A stretch of DNA of 64,000 nt. Source: Phyllosticta citribraziliensis. Lineage: Eukaryota. The stretch spans positions 1,178,001 to 1,242,000 of the forward strand of contig NW_027117346.1 of assembly GCF_038025025.1 (NCBI RefSeq), in the 5' to 3' direction. The notes beneath the pieces are model-generated. The model searched no databases and had not been told where the DNA came from. It saw only the letters and a program-made list of their open reading frames with translations. Shown one piece after another: positions 10,667 through 23,731 of the stretch. A program made the position numbers and the translations under genes. Position 1 is the stretch's first letter, and each line of letters begins with the position of its first letter.

Positions 10667-12273
10667 ATGGCAGGTACTCCCACGCCTCTCGTCAACGACT
10701 CCGACCTCGACCTTGCAGACGCGCCCGAATCCGCACAAGACACGCCTCAGCCAACCGATGTCGACCCCGACGCCCCCACCCCGGCCCAGGAACCCGACGA
10801 TGACGACCATGTCGAACCAGACGTAGACCCAGACCCGTCCGAACGCTCCTCGCCCGTCGTCCAGCAATTCCCGCGCAAACGCCGCCTAGGACGCCCGCCC
10901 AAAAATCGCCCGCCCGACTGGGACAACGCCGATTCCAACAATGACAACGACTCGCAGAGAGGCACCCCGGCTAAGCGCCGTCGCGGTCGTCCTTCGACTG
11001 GCGGCTTCAGAGGCAGACCGCGCGGAGGCCCGTCGCACGTCACCCGCGTCCCCATTGACAAGGAAGGAAACATGATGGATGTGGTTGATGACGAGGTCGC
11101 CTTGCCTGAAGATCCCGAAGGCGAGCAAAAGGTGGACAAGATGGGCAACCTCAAGGGCGGCAGGGACTACAGGGTGCGCGTCTTCACCATCAGCGGCCGC
11201 GGCGACCGCCTGTACATGCTTTCCACCGAGCCCGCGAGATGCTGTGGCTTCAGGGACAGTTACCTCTTCTTCACCAAGCACATGCAACTCTACAAAATCA
11301 TCGTGACCGACGAGGAAAAGCGCGACCTGATAGACCGCGAAATCATCCCCCATTCCTACAAGGGTCGTGCCATTGGTGTCGTCACCGCCAGGTCCGTCTT
11401 TCGCGAGTTTGGCGCTCGAATCATCATTGCCGGCAAGAAGGTCATCGACGACTATTATGCTCAGGCAGCACGCGCCAGGGGTGATATCGAGGGCGAGCTT
11501 GCGGATCCCAACGACCGTCTGCCGCCACCTGGCGAACCCTACAACAAGAACCAATATGTTGCATGGCACGGTGCTAGCGCCGTCTACCACACTGGTGGTC
11601 CCAGCGTACCTCTCCAAAATGGCAAAGCTCACCAAGTCAAGCGGAGGATAAACATCACATCAGCAAATTGGCAGTTTGAACATGCCCGTTCTGCCAGGCA
11701 AGTATCTCGGTAGCCATGCCCGTGGTGCTCTCGCTAACTCTGTGCAGTCGCTTCAATAGCATCCTCGTGGAAGCTCGACGGCTGAACCTCGCTGGCGCCT
11801 ACGACCCCCACACGAATCAACTGCATTTTCCCAAGATCATGCAGCCGACACATGCCCGCTGGGAGCATCTACCGGCCGAGTCTGAAGAAATCGTTGAAGA
11901 GGACGTCTCCAAACAGACCAACGGGGTCAATGGTGTCAACGGCACGGCTCACAAGCAGAAACATGTCGACTCGACCTTTGGCAAGGTTCCTACTGTAGTG
12001 TCCCGCAATTTCTTGGTCATCGACACCCACTTCCAATCTGCGCCCATGACTGGCTTGGGAGTGCCTGGGCCGGACGGCGACTTTCGTGATGTTGGCGTCA
12101 ACGGCTTGCCAAATCCATCTGAAGAGATCCTAGAAGATTTGCCAGAAGAGTGCCGCAAGGCACTGCAAGAGGCCAAGGAGAAGGAGCGCGAGTGGAAAAG
12201 AAGTTGGGGCTCGGAAGCCGTCGACGGTTGCAGGAACCAGCTCAAAATTGGGTTCCTAGGCGTGCCCGTTTGA
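10667..12273 (+). CDS. RSC7: Chromatin structure-remodelling complex subunit Rsc7/Npl6; exons 10667..11697 and 11748..12273 (GC-AG intron)
   Basis: AT-hook-like RRLGRPPKN and RRRGRP motifs. CRC-subunit domain GEQKVDKMGNLKGGRDY..RVFTI..RGDRLYMLSTEPARCCGFRDSYLFF and VTARSVFREFGARII. The exons join in frame only through the GCAAGT donor at 11698. Confidence 0.9.
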
Positions 12274-12780
12274 GCTCCGAGTGCAAGCTTTACCAAGGAT
12301 TCATGGATGGCGTTTGGGCGACGATGATTCGTTACGACTGATCTGATATCCCACTCGAACTTGTACACTAGGCGTGTGCCAATACCCGGCATGGCACCGT
12401 GGGAGCATTAACATTGATAGAGGCTAAACAAAAGCTCATGCTTGACCTCATTTCCTTTGCCTATCTAGTCCACCCCCTGCCCTTCCTTGCCTTTGAGATT
12501 GCGCCTGTCCGAGAATGTACACGCAAGACGAAAATAAACCCACTCGCTCGTGGTTGCGCAATGCATGGCGGGACCTTGGCCCAGACTTGGCATTCTCCAA
12601 ACAGCATGCTTGCGGCGTCATGGAGAACAAAAACGTCCACAATGGCTTTTTTTTCTTTCATCTCGCCTCTGGCCATGTTCGTCCTTGTCTCGTCCCTCTC
12701 TAGACCTTTTCTTTCCCCGTACATATTCTCTCAGACAGGATCGAGTCTGCATCAACATCCAGGTTTTGCGGATAGCGACA

Positions 12781-15700
12781 ATGTCTAGCACCAACGCTGT
12801 TGTGTGTCCAATTCCATTCGTCCCGGACACGGATTATCCCAACAGCAAAGGCTGTAAGTGTCATTCTGGAAACGGACTTGGTCGGTACTGACTTGAACAG
12901 ACCTCGACGGCCGGTTTTGCGGCCTTAATCCATCGGGATCCGGACAGAAATGTTGTCTGCCATGTCCTATCCAAGATTGGGTATACAGTGACGGTAAGCC
13001 GACATTCAGAGACGAGTGATCCGCTTCAGCTTCTAACTGTCTAGGTTTCCTCTCCCATTTACAGACGGCCAACTGGCTTGGAGTTGCCTCGTTCTCCTTT
13101 ATTTGCTTTCTCTTAATATCTTACTTGGTCTTGCCATCGAACAAGAGCGGCCGGCACTATCTCACAATTGGTACTGCCATTGCCGTCTTGTTCCAGACGG
13201 TACGTCGTTTCAAAGGGCCGCGGTGACTCTGCTGATATGCTCTAGCTCGGTCTATTCATACCACTTGGCACGAAGCCAGACCTGTGCTACGACAACATTA
13301 CGCCGAACTGGCAGGCAACTGATAACTCCTGCGCGTGGTCCGGAGCGCTGCTTTCTCTCGGTTCGGTTGGAGTCGCATACTGGGGTGAGTTGTGGACAAA
13401 GACAAACTCTCGCCACATTGCTGACCGCCACAGTCATGTTGCGCGCCATCTGGCTCAACATTCGCGTCTGCTGGGACAAAGACCCAGGCAAATGGTTCAT
13501 GATTTTCGCCATTGCCAGCGGCATCGCTTTGCCTGTCTTGTTTACGGCGCTCTCCGTCTCCATCACGGGTGTGGCCTACCGCGTGGGGCTGACTTGCTTA
13601 CCCAACCATGATCATGCCATGGAGACCCTTTGGGTGTGGCAAATCATTTTTTCCGTCGCATCGCTTGTGATCCAGCTCGTCACAACCTTGTATTGCGTCT
13701 ACATCTATGCACGCGTTCTGGTGCAATCGCGCGGACAGACCTTCGGCTCGAATTCGTATGGCCAGAATGCCCAGAAGCCTCAGACTGCGTGGCGGCGACT
13801 TAGACAGCTTCTGCTTCTCCAATGGCGGACCATCACGCTGACCCTCATCGTCACCATTGAGACTCTGTACTTTGTCCTGATTTTTTGGGCACAGGACAGG
13901 CGATTTGGTGAGGTCAATACAGCCGTTACGACAGCTAGCACTGTCCGCACTTGGAGCGCATGTCTAGTCCTGTCCCAAGGCAACAAGAACGACTGCATTC
14001 ACTACACCAACAAGATTCGGCTGCCCGAATCGTCGGTGATGGGGTCGCTTGTATTGCTCGGGGTAAGTGACCCAAACTCTCTGGATCCGCTGTACTGACA
14101 TTCTGTAGCTCATTGGAATGCAACACTTTCTCCTCCTCGCACAGCCGCGCCTCTTCCACGGTTGGTGGAATTTGATCAAGACGCACGGCTTCCGTCGCCG
14201 CGGCTCGGATGTGCCCTTGACCTCTCTGCTTCCACAAAACGCACAAAACCAGCGCGATAGCGCTACCTCTGCGCTACGCAGCCCGACTCCTAATACCGGC
14301 GGCACCGGCGGCAATGGCGGGAAAGATTTGGGCACACCCACAGCTGCTTCGCCCGCATCAAACACTGGCGCCAACATCAACGCATCCGACAAGACTCCTC
14401 CGAAAACTACAAATTCGACAACCACGACGCCTACGACTACCACACAAAAGTCCCTCCTTTCAGCCGAGACTACGCCAACTACTCCCAAGACCCCGGCCAC
14501 GAGTCTCAACCTCTCTTCGCGTCCATCATTCTTCTCCCGCCGCGCCTCATCCCACACTCGGTCTCCGTCCCGCGGTGGCGCCATTGCGCGCTCCCTCGCC
14601 AACACGCCAACGCACCCGCACGACGGCTACGACGAATTCGACTCGGACGACGTGTACGGGCCAGATTCGGGGCACGCGCCGCCGCGCACTATCTCGCACC
14701 CATACGGATTCGCGCTGCCGTCGGAGCGAGCCAGCACCGTGACGGATCCGGCAGAGCGGCGGCGGCTGGCGCGGTCGGGCGACATTGTCGACTTTGACTT
14801 CCAGCAGTACGACCACGATGTGCGCAACAGCCGGAGCAGTGCGGGCAGCTTCGACGAAGCAGCGCGCGGCAACATGCGAGACAGCGGGAGCAGCTTCGGC
14901 ACGCAGGGCATAGGTCTGGGCATTGCGTTGCCCGTGGGAGGGCTTGGGACGGGCCCGTGGAATACGCCCGCCGCTGCGCATACCGCTGGCAGGGGTTTGG
15001 ACGAGGAGGAGGGAAGGCGCGCCACCAGTCCTGTCTCACACCCCTTGCCCCTGTCCAACCATCCAGAGTACTATGCTGCCTTTTCGTCGGCGACGGATGA
15101 TTGGGACCATCATCGCCCGGTTACTCCACCCCCTCCTCCCCTACCTCTCAACTTTTCGCGAAGAGGTAGGGGAAATGGTACTGGAGGTCCTGGTCGCGGC
15201 GCTGGCGGTCCTGGTCCTGGTACCACGTCGACCGTGCCCAACAGCGGTGGAATGCATCCCACGGCTGCCGGACAGCGCAAAGCATCGTGGGCCGGATCTA
15301 GCGGGGCTGTGTCGTCCGTCGGGTCTTCCGTCGGGATGGGTGGCTCTGCCAAAGAACGAGACAGCATGGGCGCGAGTACTGGTCGCAGTGTATCCCCATT
15401 TGCGACGGGCGACTGGGAAAGAGTTGATCCCCATCATGTCGCTGCTGGGACGGGCCACGGTATCCAAGTATCCGACTACGCATCTTTTGAAGCCCAGCAG
15501 CAGCAGCAACACCATCGTCGGCCGCCCTCGCTCTCTCACAACCTCGCGCCCACGACGCCGCCTCCTTCGAGCGGGCTGCCGTCTATCCCTGGGCCCTCTT
15601 CGCCTCCACAATCGCCCATCCAGTCAGCTGCTTCGCGCACGCCCGCCTCTCGCACCTCGCTCGCCACGCCCCTCAAGGCGCCGTACCAGCACCCTCCCCA

Positions 15701-16325
15701 GGCCCCTAACCCCCACAACGTCCACCCGTCCATCTCGCCCTTCTCCTTCCAAGCCCACCAGCCCCAGCACCTCTTCACCCCACCCGACTCGTCATCGCCC
15801 AGCAGCACCAAAGTCGCCCCGGCGTCGGTGCTCTCCACCGCTTCGACGGGCTCCGCCTCGTCTTCCCTGCCGCCCACGCCCACTCCCGCGCCCAAGACGC
15901 GCGGTGGAGCCACGTCGGCATCGGTTCCGCACCTCTCGACCGGGACGTCGCCGTCGTCGCCCAGAATCATCAAGCTAGGCCGCTCGGCCACGACGGCTGC
16001 GCTGCCGCCGCCCGGCTCCAAGAGCGGCGGCAGTGGAATAGCGAACCCGCACCGCCTGCCCAGCTGGGCGCGCGACACGGCGAGCACGCTTGGCTTCAAG
16101 CTGGCCAAGTCGACGAACGACGAGACGGCACGGCAGCAGAAGCAACAGCAGCCTGGCTTCACGTCGCCGCAGTCTGTCCGCGACGCCGTGAGGCACCCGG
16201 GCCGCGGCCGCGGCGGATTGGGAATGCACCCCGTCAGCCCGGAGCCGCCCGAGGTGCTCGACGAAGAGGACGAGTACGAGGCGATAGCCAACGCGGCGGC
16301 CGAGGCGAACAAGCGCGTCGTCCTC

Positions 16326-16356
<31 letters not shown>

Positions 16357-16721
16357 AGGACGACAACGACATCGACGACGCCAAGGGCACAGCGGCGGCA
16401 TGGCGCAGCAGTCGCTTCAGCGGCAGCTCGTCGTCGGTCGGCAGCGGGTACGTCGATGCCGTCGCTGACGTCGGCGACGCGGCCGGCCAGCAGACCAACA
16501 AGGCGAACAATGCGCGGGCCAGCGGGAGCGGGAGCGGTGGCGGGTTTCTGGGCGTGGGGAGCAGCAGGAGGTGGAGCGGTGGCAGCTGGGTCAATGGGAA
16601 GAGGCGGAGTGGGCAGAGCGTCTTCAGCTCGTTGAGCGGGATCAGTAACGGGAGCGCGAATGCGACGGGGAACAGCGGCGGTGGCGGTGGCGGTGAGTGC
16701 GTCAGGAAGAGGAGCGTGTAG
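12781..16721 (+). CDS. 7-TM G-protein-coupled receptor, GprM-like (Cys-rich N-terminus) with a very long disordered C-tail; exons 12781..12853, 12901..12993, 13045..13199, 13246..13384, 13434..14062, 14109..16721
   Basis: Five canonical introns give a continuous frame: CPIPF...YLDGRFC...CCLPCPIQDWVYSD...SYLVLPSNKSGRHYL...IPLGTKPDLCYDNITPN...CAWSGALL, followed by several hydrophobic segments. Confidence 0.8.
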
Positions 16722-17926
16722 CTGTAGCTGTTGTTTTTGTGTTGTGTACTTTGAGGAGAAGGAGATGGAGGAGTTGAATTGCTTCGGGAAAGTTGATGGA
16801 GTTTTTCCTGTCTTCAGTTCTCTCTACATCATTTCGCTGTTTCTGTTCGGCTGGCTGTCTCCATTTCGAAGCAATTTGGATTGATTGAATTTTCAGTCTA
16901 TCTGTCATTAATCCTCTCCTCCACCATCCACGAAGCCCATCTAATTCAATGTATCCGCCATGTCATCCCCCTTCCTCACTTCCTCGTCCCGCCGCTGCTC
17001 CTCATATGCCTGCTTCACCTACAACAATAAATGCACACGCCATGTTCCATTACATTGCTATTCCATTACTGATTATGTAGCGTTCACGTTATTTGCTCAT
17101 TACATCGTCATTCATATTGCCTGCTACTCTTATCTGCTGCTGCTACGGTACTGCTCCTTCATTTACTCATCCATTGCCAGGTAACTTGGGTGCAAACCAC
17201 CGCCAGTCGTCCGTCTGTCCACATCGCTCCGGCCCGTGTGTGTATGATTACGTACACCACGCCCACCCAACAAATGAGCAGAGGCACCACAACGACGCAT
17301 AGTATCCGAAATGAAGACGACTGTTGAGCAAAAAGCGAAAAGCGATAGCACGACAAACGCATATGCGAGAGCAGCAGAGGGTAGCAGCAACAACAAACAC
17401 AACAACACTTCAGAGACGAAAACTTCTCCCAAACCAATGCATGAATGTAGGCACAGACGAGAAGTGAAGAAAAGAGGAAGGAAAGAAAAAGGGGATTGGA
17501 AAGAAAAAGGCCGCCTGCTGTCCACCCATCCGTCCATCCACAGCATCGTCGTTCCATCTGGCCATCCAGCCCACCCCCACCGTGACACCCCTTCGCCCAG
17601 TCGTTTCTGGTCCACGGTCTGTTCACTCAGCCTGACCTTGTCGATGCCACCATTTCCACTGGACGACGGCGATGAATGGAATCACCTGCTCGCATGCGCA
17701 TCCCTCGGCCCCCGTCCGATTCACTGCCCTCGAAGAAGTGGGCCCCGCCCGTCTGCCCGACTCCTGGTAGTAGTCTAGATTATACATGATCCATGATACA
17801 TCTCATAGTAGTAGCGTCCGTCCATCCATTCATCCTTCGGCATCCAACGCTTTCTACACACATACGCACGGCGACGACTCGCAAGGAAAGAAAGGGAAAA
17901 GAGACATGGGGAAATAGAGCATATTC

Positions 17927-18773
<847 letters not shown>

Positions 18774-19300
18774 GACTGCTGGGAGTAGAAAAGTGCGGCG
18801 AGGGTGATGGGCGTAAGTGTCGAGGCGGGCGGTTGAGGTGTGTCGTGGTTACGTGGGCCGAGCTCTGCCCGGGAGAGAGGGAGGGAGTGCGGTGACGAAG
18901 GAGGGAGAACGGCGGAAGCGAGGACTCGGAGTCGGAATCAGGGCAGGCTAGATCGCGGAAAAGTCGCCTGTAGTGTTGCGGTCGAGCGCAGTGTCTGGGG
19001 AGCAGAGGGTTGATGGTTGGGGGAGTCTTTGTCGAGACGTGGAGGTTATGTTGGCAGTTGATGCCGCAGCCAGTGCTCGACTCCTGGCACCGGGGAAGGA
19101 GCCAAGACTTGAGTTGACCGCCTGAGACTGAGACCCGTCACCTTCTCCACACACACCACCTGCACCCACCCACCTTGCTTGACCCGCCGCCTTTATTCTC
19201 ACCGTCTCCTCTCCTCGTGAAGATTCTGCCGCTCTCGCGCTTCACCATGCTCCATTCACTATCTGGGTATTTTGCCTATCGAATGCTCCCTGTCCTCTCC

Positions 19301-21590
19301 TCACCACCACTTGGCATACGCCCACCGCATGCGCTTCAGCACCTTCCGCTGCTTTGCCACCCCGGTGCGAATATCCACCAGCGCGTCCGTCTCTTCGATA
19401 AAGTCATGAAAGATGCGTACGGGCAACACCTTTCCGGCAAGCTCCCGCAACACGTGGACTTCGCAAAGCAGCAATCCGTGGTCTTTGTAGAGGAGCTCGC
19501 CGAAGCTGTTCGGCTGCGCCGAGACAAGGATGCGGTCAATGTTCCTGGCCGCAATCGTCAGTGCGAGACAGTAGACAAAAGGACATGTTTTCCTACCTCA
19601 TGACCCGCACGATTTGGCTCGACAGCTGAGTCTTTTCCCATCCGCGCCGATCACCAAAGGTGCTTTGCAGCCATCGCGTAACAGCGAAGCACACAAGCAC
19701 TCCGGGCGTCAGGCCGATGAAGCTGTCCCTGTCAGTGCCCGAAATGGTACATGCTTCTCGGCGATGCGCTGCATGACTTACCCAAACAAAAGCTCCTGAC
19801 TCTTGAGAATCGAGTCAATGCCGCTCATGGCCACCTCGACGTCGACCTTGGTCTTTTGGATCTGTATGAGCAACGCACGAATCAGGTTACCCGAAAGCGC
19901 GCCCACAATGGGCTTCTGCATATCTTTTTCATACGCCCTTAGCACTGGTGTCAAGTCGCCCTCTCTGACCCTGGCCCTAATGTCGATGATATCAGCTTCG
20001 GAAAGATTGCCCTTGTTGTCCGGGTTCTGCACGGCAAAGTCGACAACCATTCGTTCGAGGCTGGCGCGGTCGCCCTCGAGACTGCGCTTGCTCATGATGG
20101 AGACCTCGCTATCCTCGTCGTGACGGATTGTCCCGATGATGCGTTTCGTCGGCTCGAGCACCCAATTGTTGAAGAAGTCTATTGTTGTTCGGCCGAGGTC
20201 GCGGATCGAGTCGACAATCTCTGCCCTGTGGCCCATGATGATACGGTATATGGTGGTCGAGGAGATGAGAAGCGCCGTTGCCGGTAGCCAGTAGCGAACG
20301 AAGCCAGAAGGCCGTCCATGCTGCCTTGAGCGCGCCTGGAACTGAGTGGAATAGCTCGACAGATGATTGTCCAAGATACTCGTCAGCCGCTCTGCCACCA
20401 CCGTCGGGTTCAGCGACAGCGCCGTCTGCCCGGTCGTTTCCAGCATCTGATAGTACTCGTCATTGTAGGTCTGGGAAGCCACTTCGCTGTCAAAATCGTC
20501 GACAGCGACATTGACCTTGCTGACTTCGCCAAGAACAATGTCCATGAGGGCGATGGACCGCGTGACGGCTCCCTTCCACTTGTGAAGACTCTGCTCGGCC
20601 GTGTTGACTGTAGGGGTGCGGAGTCCCTCGTGAGTGCTGCTGTCTTGTCAGCCAGCCCGTTATCATGGCCCCAGTACTTCATGAATCAACCCACCTGTGA
20701 TTGCTCAAGCCCTCACCCAGCAGCACGCCCAACGCATTGGCATTGACGAGCTGCAGCTTCTTCAATGCCGATTGCTTCGCCCTGGCTTCGTTCCTCACTC
20801 TGGCCAACGGCGACAGCACCCTGCGCTGCAAATCCTCGACGTTTCTCTCACGCACCACTTCCTTGACCATGCCGTAAAACTCTGCCCAACCGTCCCCCAA
20901 GCCACCGCGGCTCACCACGTCGCCGTAGATGTCCTTGGTCCACGACCACAGCCGCACGGGCGACGTCTGCACCGAGTATAGTCCGGCGTGACGGTAGCTG
21001 CCCAGCACGTCGTCCCAGTACCAAATGTCGTCGGCCAGCGGCAGCGTCTGCTCGAGGATCGTGTTGAGGACGAGTCCATACGTATGCACCGCCGCCTTGC
21101 TCAGGAGCAGCCACTCGAGCTCGTGCTCATACGAGTCCTCAACATCGCCTTCATGCGCCGCCGCCGCGATTGTGGAGGGCGCAAAGTGTACTTCGCATGT
21201 TGGACACTGCTCCGCGATGCGGGCTTGTCCCAGCACGCCTCGGATCCGCTCAGCGCTCAGCAAGCGCTTCTTCTGCCCCACGCCCGCCGCTGAGAGGCTC
21301 TTGACGAGCGCCTGTAGGTGCGCGATGCGCGGCGTCGAGGGTTTGTATCCAGGGCCGTAAGGGTGCGAGAGGAGGTCTTGGGCGGCGGACGCTGCTGCAG
21401 ATGCCCCGGCTGCGACAAAAGCAGCGCCAGTGGTATTCGTGGGGCTACTGGCGAGGAGCGGCAGACGGTCGATTTGACTGTCAATGCGGTTGATTTGGCT
21501 AAGGATTACAGAAGTCTGAGGTTAGCGGGACCTGCTCTGTGACGGTCGTTTGGCAGACCCTGGATCGACTCACTCTACCACGAAGGACAT
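19301..21590 (-). CDS. NCA2: Nuclear control of ATPase protein 2 (mitochondrial), multi-exon
   Basis: MSFVVDQINRIDSQIDRL start (17-nt first exon). Motifs ELEWLLLSKA, DDIWYWDDVLGSY, RYWLPA, NWVLEP..RIIGTIRHDE, SLERMVVDF, EGDLTPVLRAYE, LIRALLIQIQKTKVDVEVAMSGID.ILKSQEL. Ends RWAYAKWW* at 19301. Confidence 0.9.
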
Positions 21591-21741
21591 GATGAATGCT
21601 CCTTGTCGGCTCGCGACGTCAGTCCTTTTGTTCCTTCCGTCCAAGATGTAGCGTGTATGTGGTCTGTGGGCTGCGCAAGAGGTCCCGTATACGTCTTCTC
21701 GTCTCAGTCGTGTGGAGGCGCGTCGCGTCGCCTATGCGGGT

Positions 21742-21768
21742 CGTCTCGTCTCGTCTCGTCTCGTCTCG
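21742..21768. repeat. (CGTCT)n microsatellite
   Basis: cgtctcgtctcgtctcgtctcgtctcg, seen directly. A similar short array lies near 10468. Confidence 0.8.
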
Positions 21769-23731
21769 CGTCCTTTCGTGTCGTATGATTCGTTTCGTCG
21801 TGGTCGTGGTCGTACGTCATTCAGCCTTCCCAGGCAGCCCTTTGCTCTCTAGCAATCCAGCTCTTCCGCTCGTGCCTCTGCAGCAGGTTCTTGCGTCCAA
21901 TGAGTGCGCGCTTGTAGTATTCGAACCCCAGCCCAAGCCCGATGCAACACGCGCAACGCAGGAGGCGCCTACTCGAGCAGGCGCATGTGTGGAGGATGTA
22001 TGTACGGGGGGGACGAATGCGGAAGCGCGGACGACGGATGGCCCAGACAGCCAAAAGCAAAAGCAAATAAAAGCAGACGGTCGGATCGAGGCGAGGTTGT
22101 ACGACTTTAGAGGACGAACGAAGAAGAGGCAGAAGACAATGTTGTTTGTATGCCCGGTGGGCCTGGGTCCCACGCCACGACGACGTACGCACGCCCCTCC
22201 AAGCTCGCTCGATACAGCACAATGCGACGCTATGTGCTGCGACACTCACCGTCGAGCTCACCAGCAAAAGCCCCGTCTGCTAAGCCTACAGGTGGGTGCT
22301 CTTAACGCTTCTTGCCTGAGCACTTGTAAAGCTTCAGTGCGAGCGGTGGTATGCTTGTTTGCTGTGGTGTAAATGAGCTGTTCTGCAGGCCCCACCGCTA
22401 GTTTGCTCTCCTTCGTTCAAGTTTAAGCTTCCCTTTCCTTCCCTGCAGCTGGTTGGCTGTCGAGCGACAAAGCCGTGGACAATAAGACGTCGTGCATGCG
22501 GTTTGTTTGTGAGCTGAATCGAGGGAGTGGTGAGCAGCACAACTAAGGACAGGCACGACAGAAGGCTGATTGCCTAGACAAGGCGGTGGAGGAGGTATGT
22601 GGGCAGATGGAGGTGGGGCGGCCCGCTGCCCGACCGCTTGCGGCGGCGGTCAACGCTGGAAGCCTGTGTGACGTAAGACTGCATGCCTTGCATATGCTAG
22701 GCATGTCTAATTTGATGGTGCGGGGGACCTTGCATAAGGAGCATTTGTACCTACGTTCTCTGCTCCTATGCAGGAGTGAGCAAATAGGCCAAGGGGGAAA
22801 GTGTAATGGTGCTGCTCACTTGTTCAAGGTGAAGAGCAAGAGGAAACGTAGAGATCATATATTGGAGTTCGTAAAGACAGTCGTGTTACACATTTGGATG
22901 GCCAGTTATACAACTGGCTGATCATGCTCCATCATCATTTCTTGGTCTGGATACCCGTCCAAAGTTCATGGTTAGCAAGGCCCAGAGCATAAACACCTAA
23001 TAAACCAAAGCGCATCCAAAGATGGTGTGCAGATCGCACTTGATTCGTTCTCATGCCGTCTTTTCTTGTTTCCTTTGCTGTCTGCTTTCTAGCCTGCCAC
23101 CTCTTTTCCTTTCGCGAAGAAGAAATGACCAGGAACACCGAGGTAACTAAACACAAGTACAGAATGTGATGCGCGTGAGGAAGAGAGGGAAAATGTGTAA
23201 ATCCTCAAGTACCAAGATCCAGTAGACTTGTGTAGGATGTCGACGTGGTGAAAGAAGTAAGTAGGGCAAAGAGAGAACGGCCGTTTTTCGATGATAGTTG
23301 AGCAAATGTCGACATGCCAACATGATGTTAAGCAGAGGTGCGTGTAAACAAGAAGACCGTGTAAAGAGAAGTGACGGAGCAAAGACGAGAAGCAAGGAAA
23401 TGTGAGAAAATGATGTCGCAAGAAATGCCACTAACAACCAGTGCAAGCGCGTTTGAATGAAGAAGATTGATCGTCATATGTGAGTGTGGTGGAGGCGTTC
23501 GTCGAGAAAGGATGGCACGGGGGATAGAAACAATTCTCCCCGAGTCCAACCGCAGTGGTCAAAGTAGATAGGGCGGCCCGGCAAGTCTGAAAGATCCAAG
23601 AAAATAAAAAATAAACAGTAGCCAACCGAGCAGCGCCGTGCTGCAGCAGCCAGAAGTCTGGTATCCAAAAAGCAAGCTTCCCGCCATCGAACGCCGCCAT
23701 TAACGCCGTTGCCAAATAAACTTCGCCAACT

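Noticed and set aside
21596..22372. 258-aa plus-strand ORF upstream of NCA2
   Set aside because: It runs through microsatellites and promoter-like sequence, has a non-ATG start and a non-protein-like composition.
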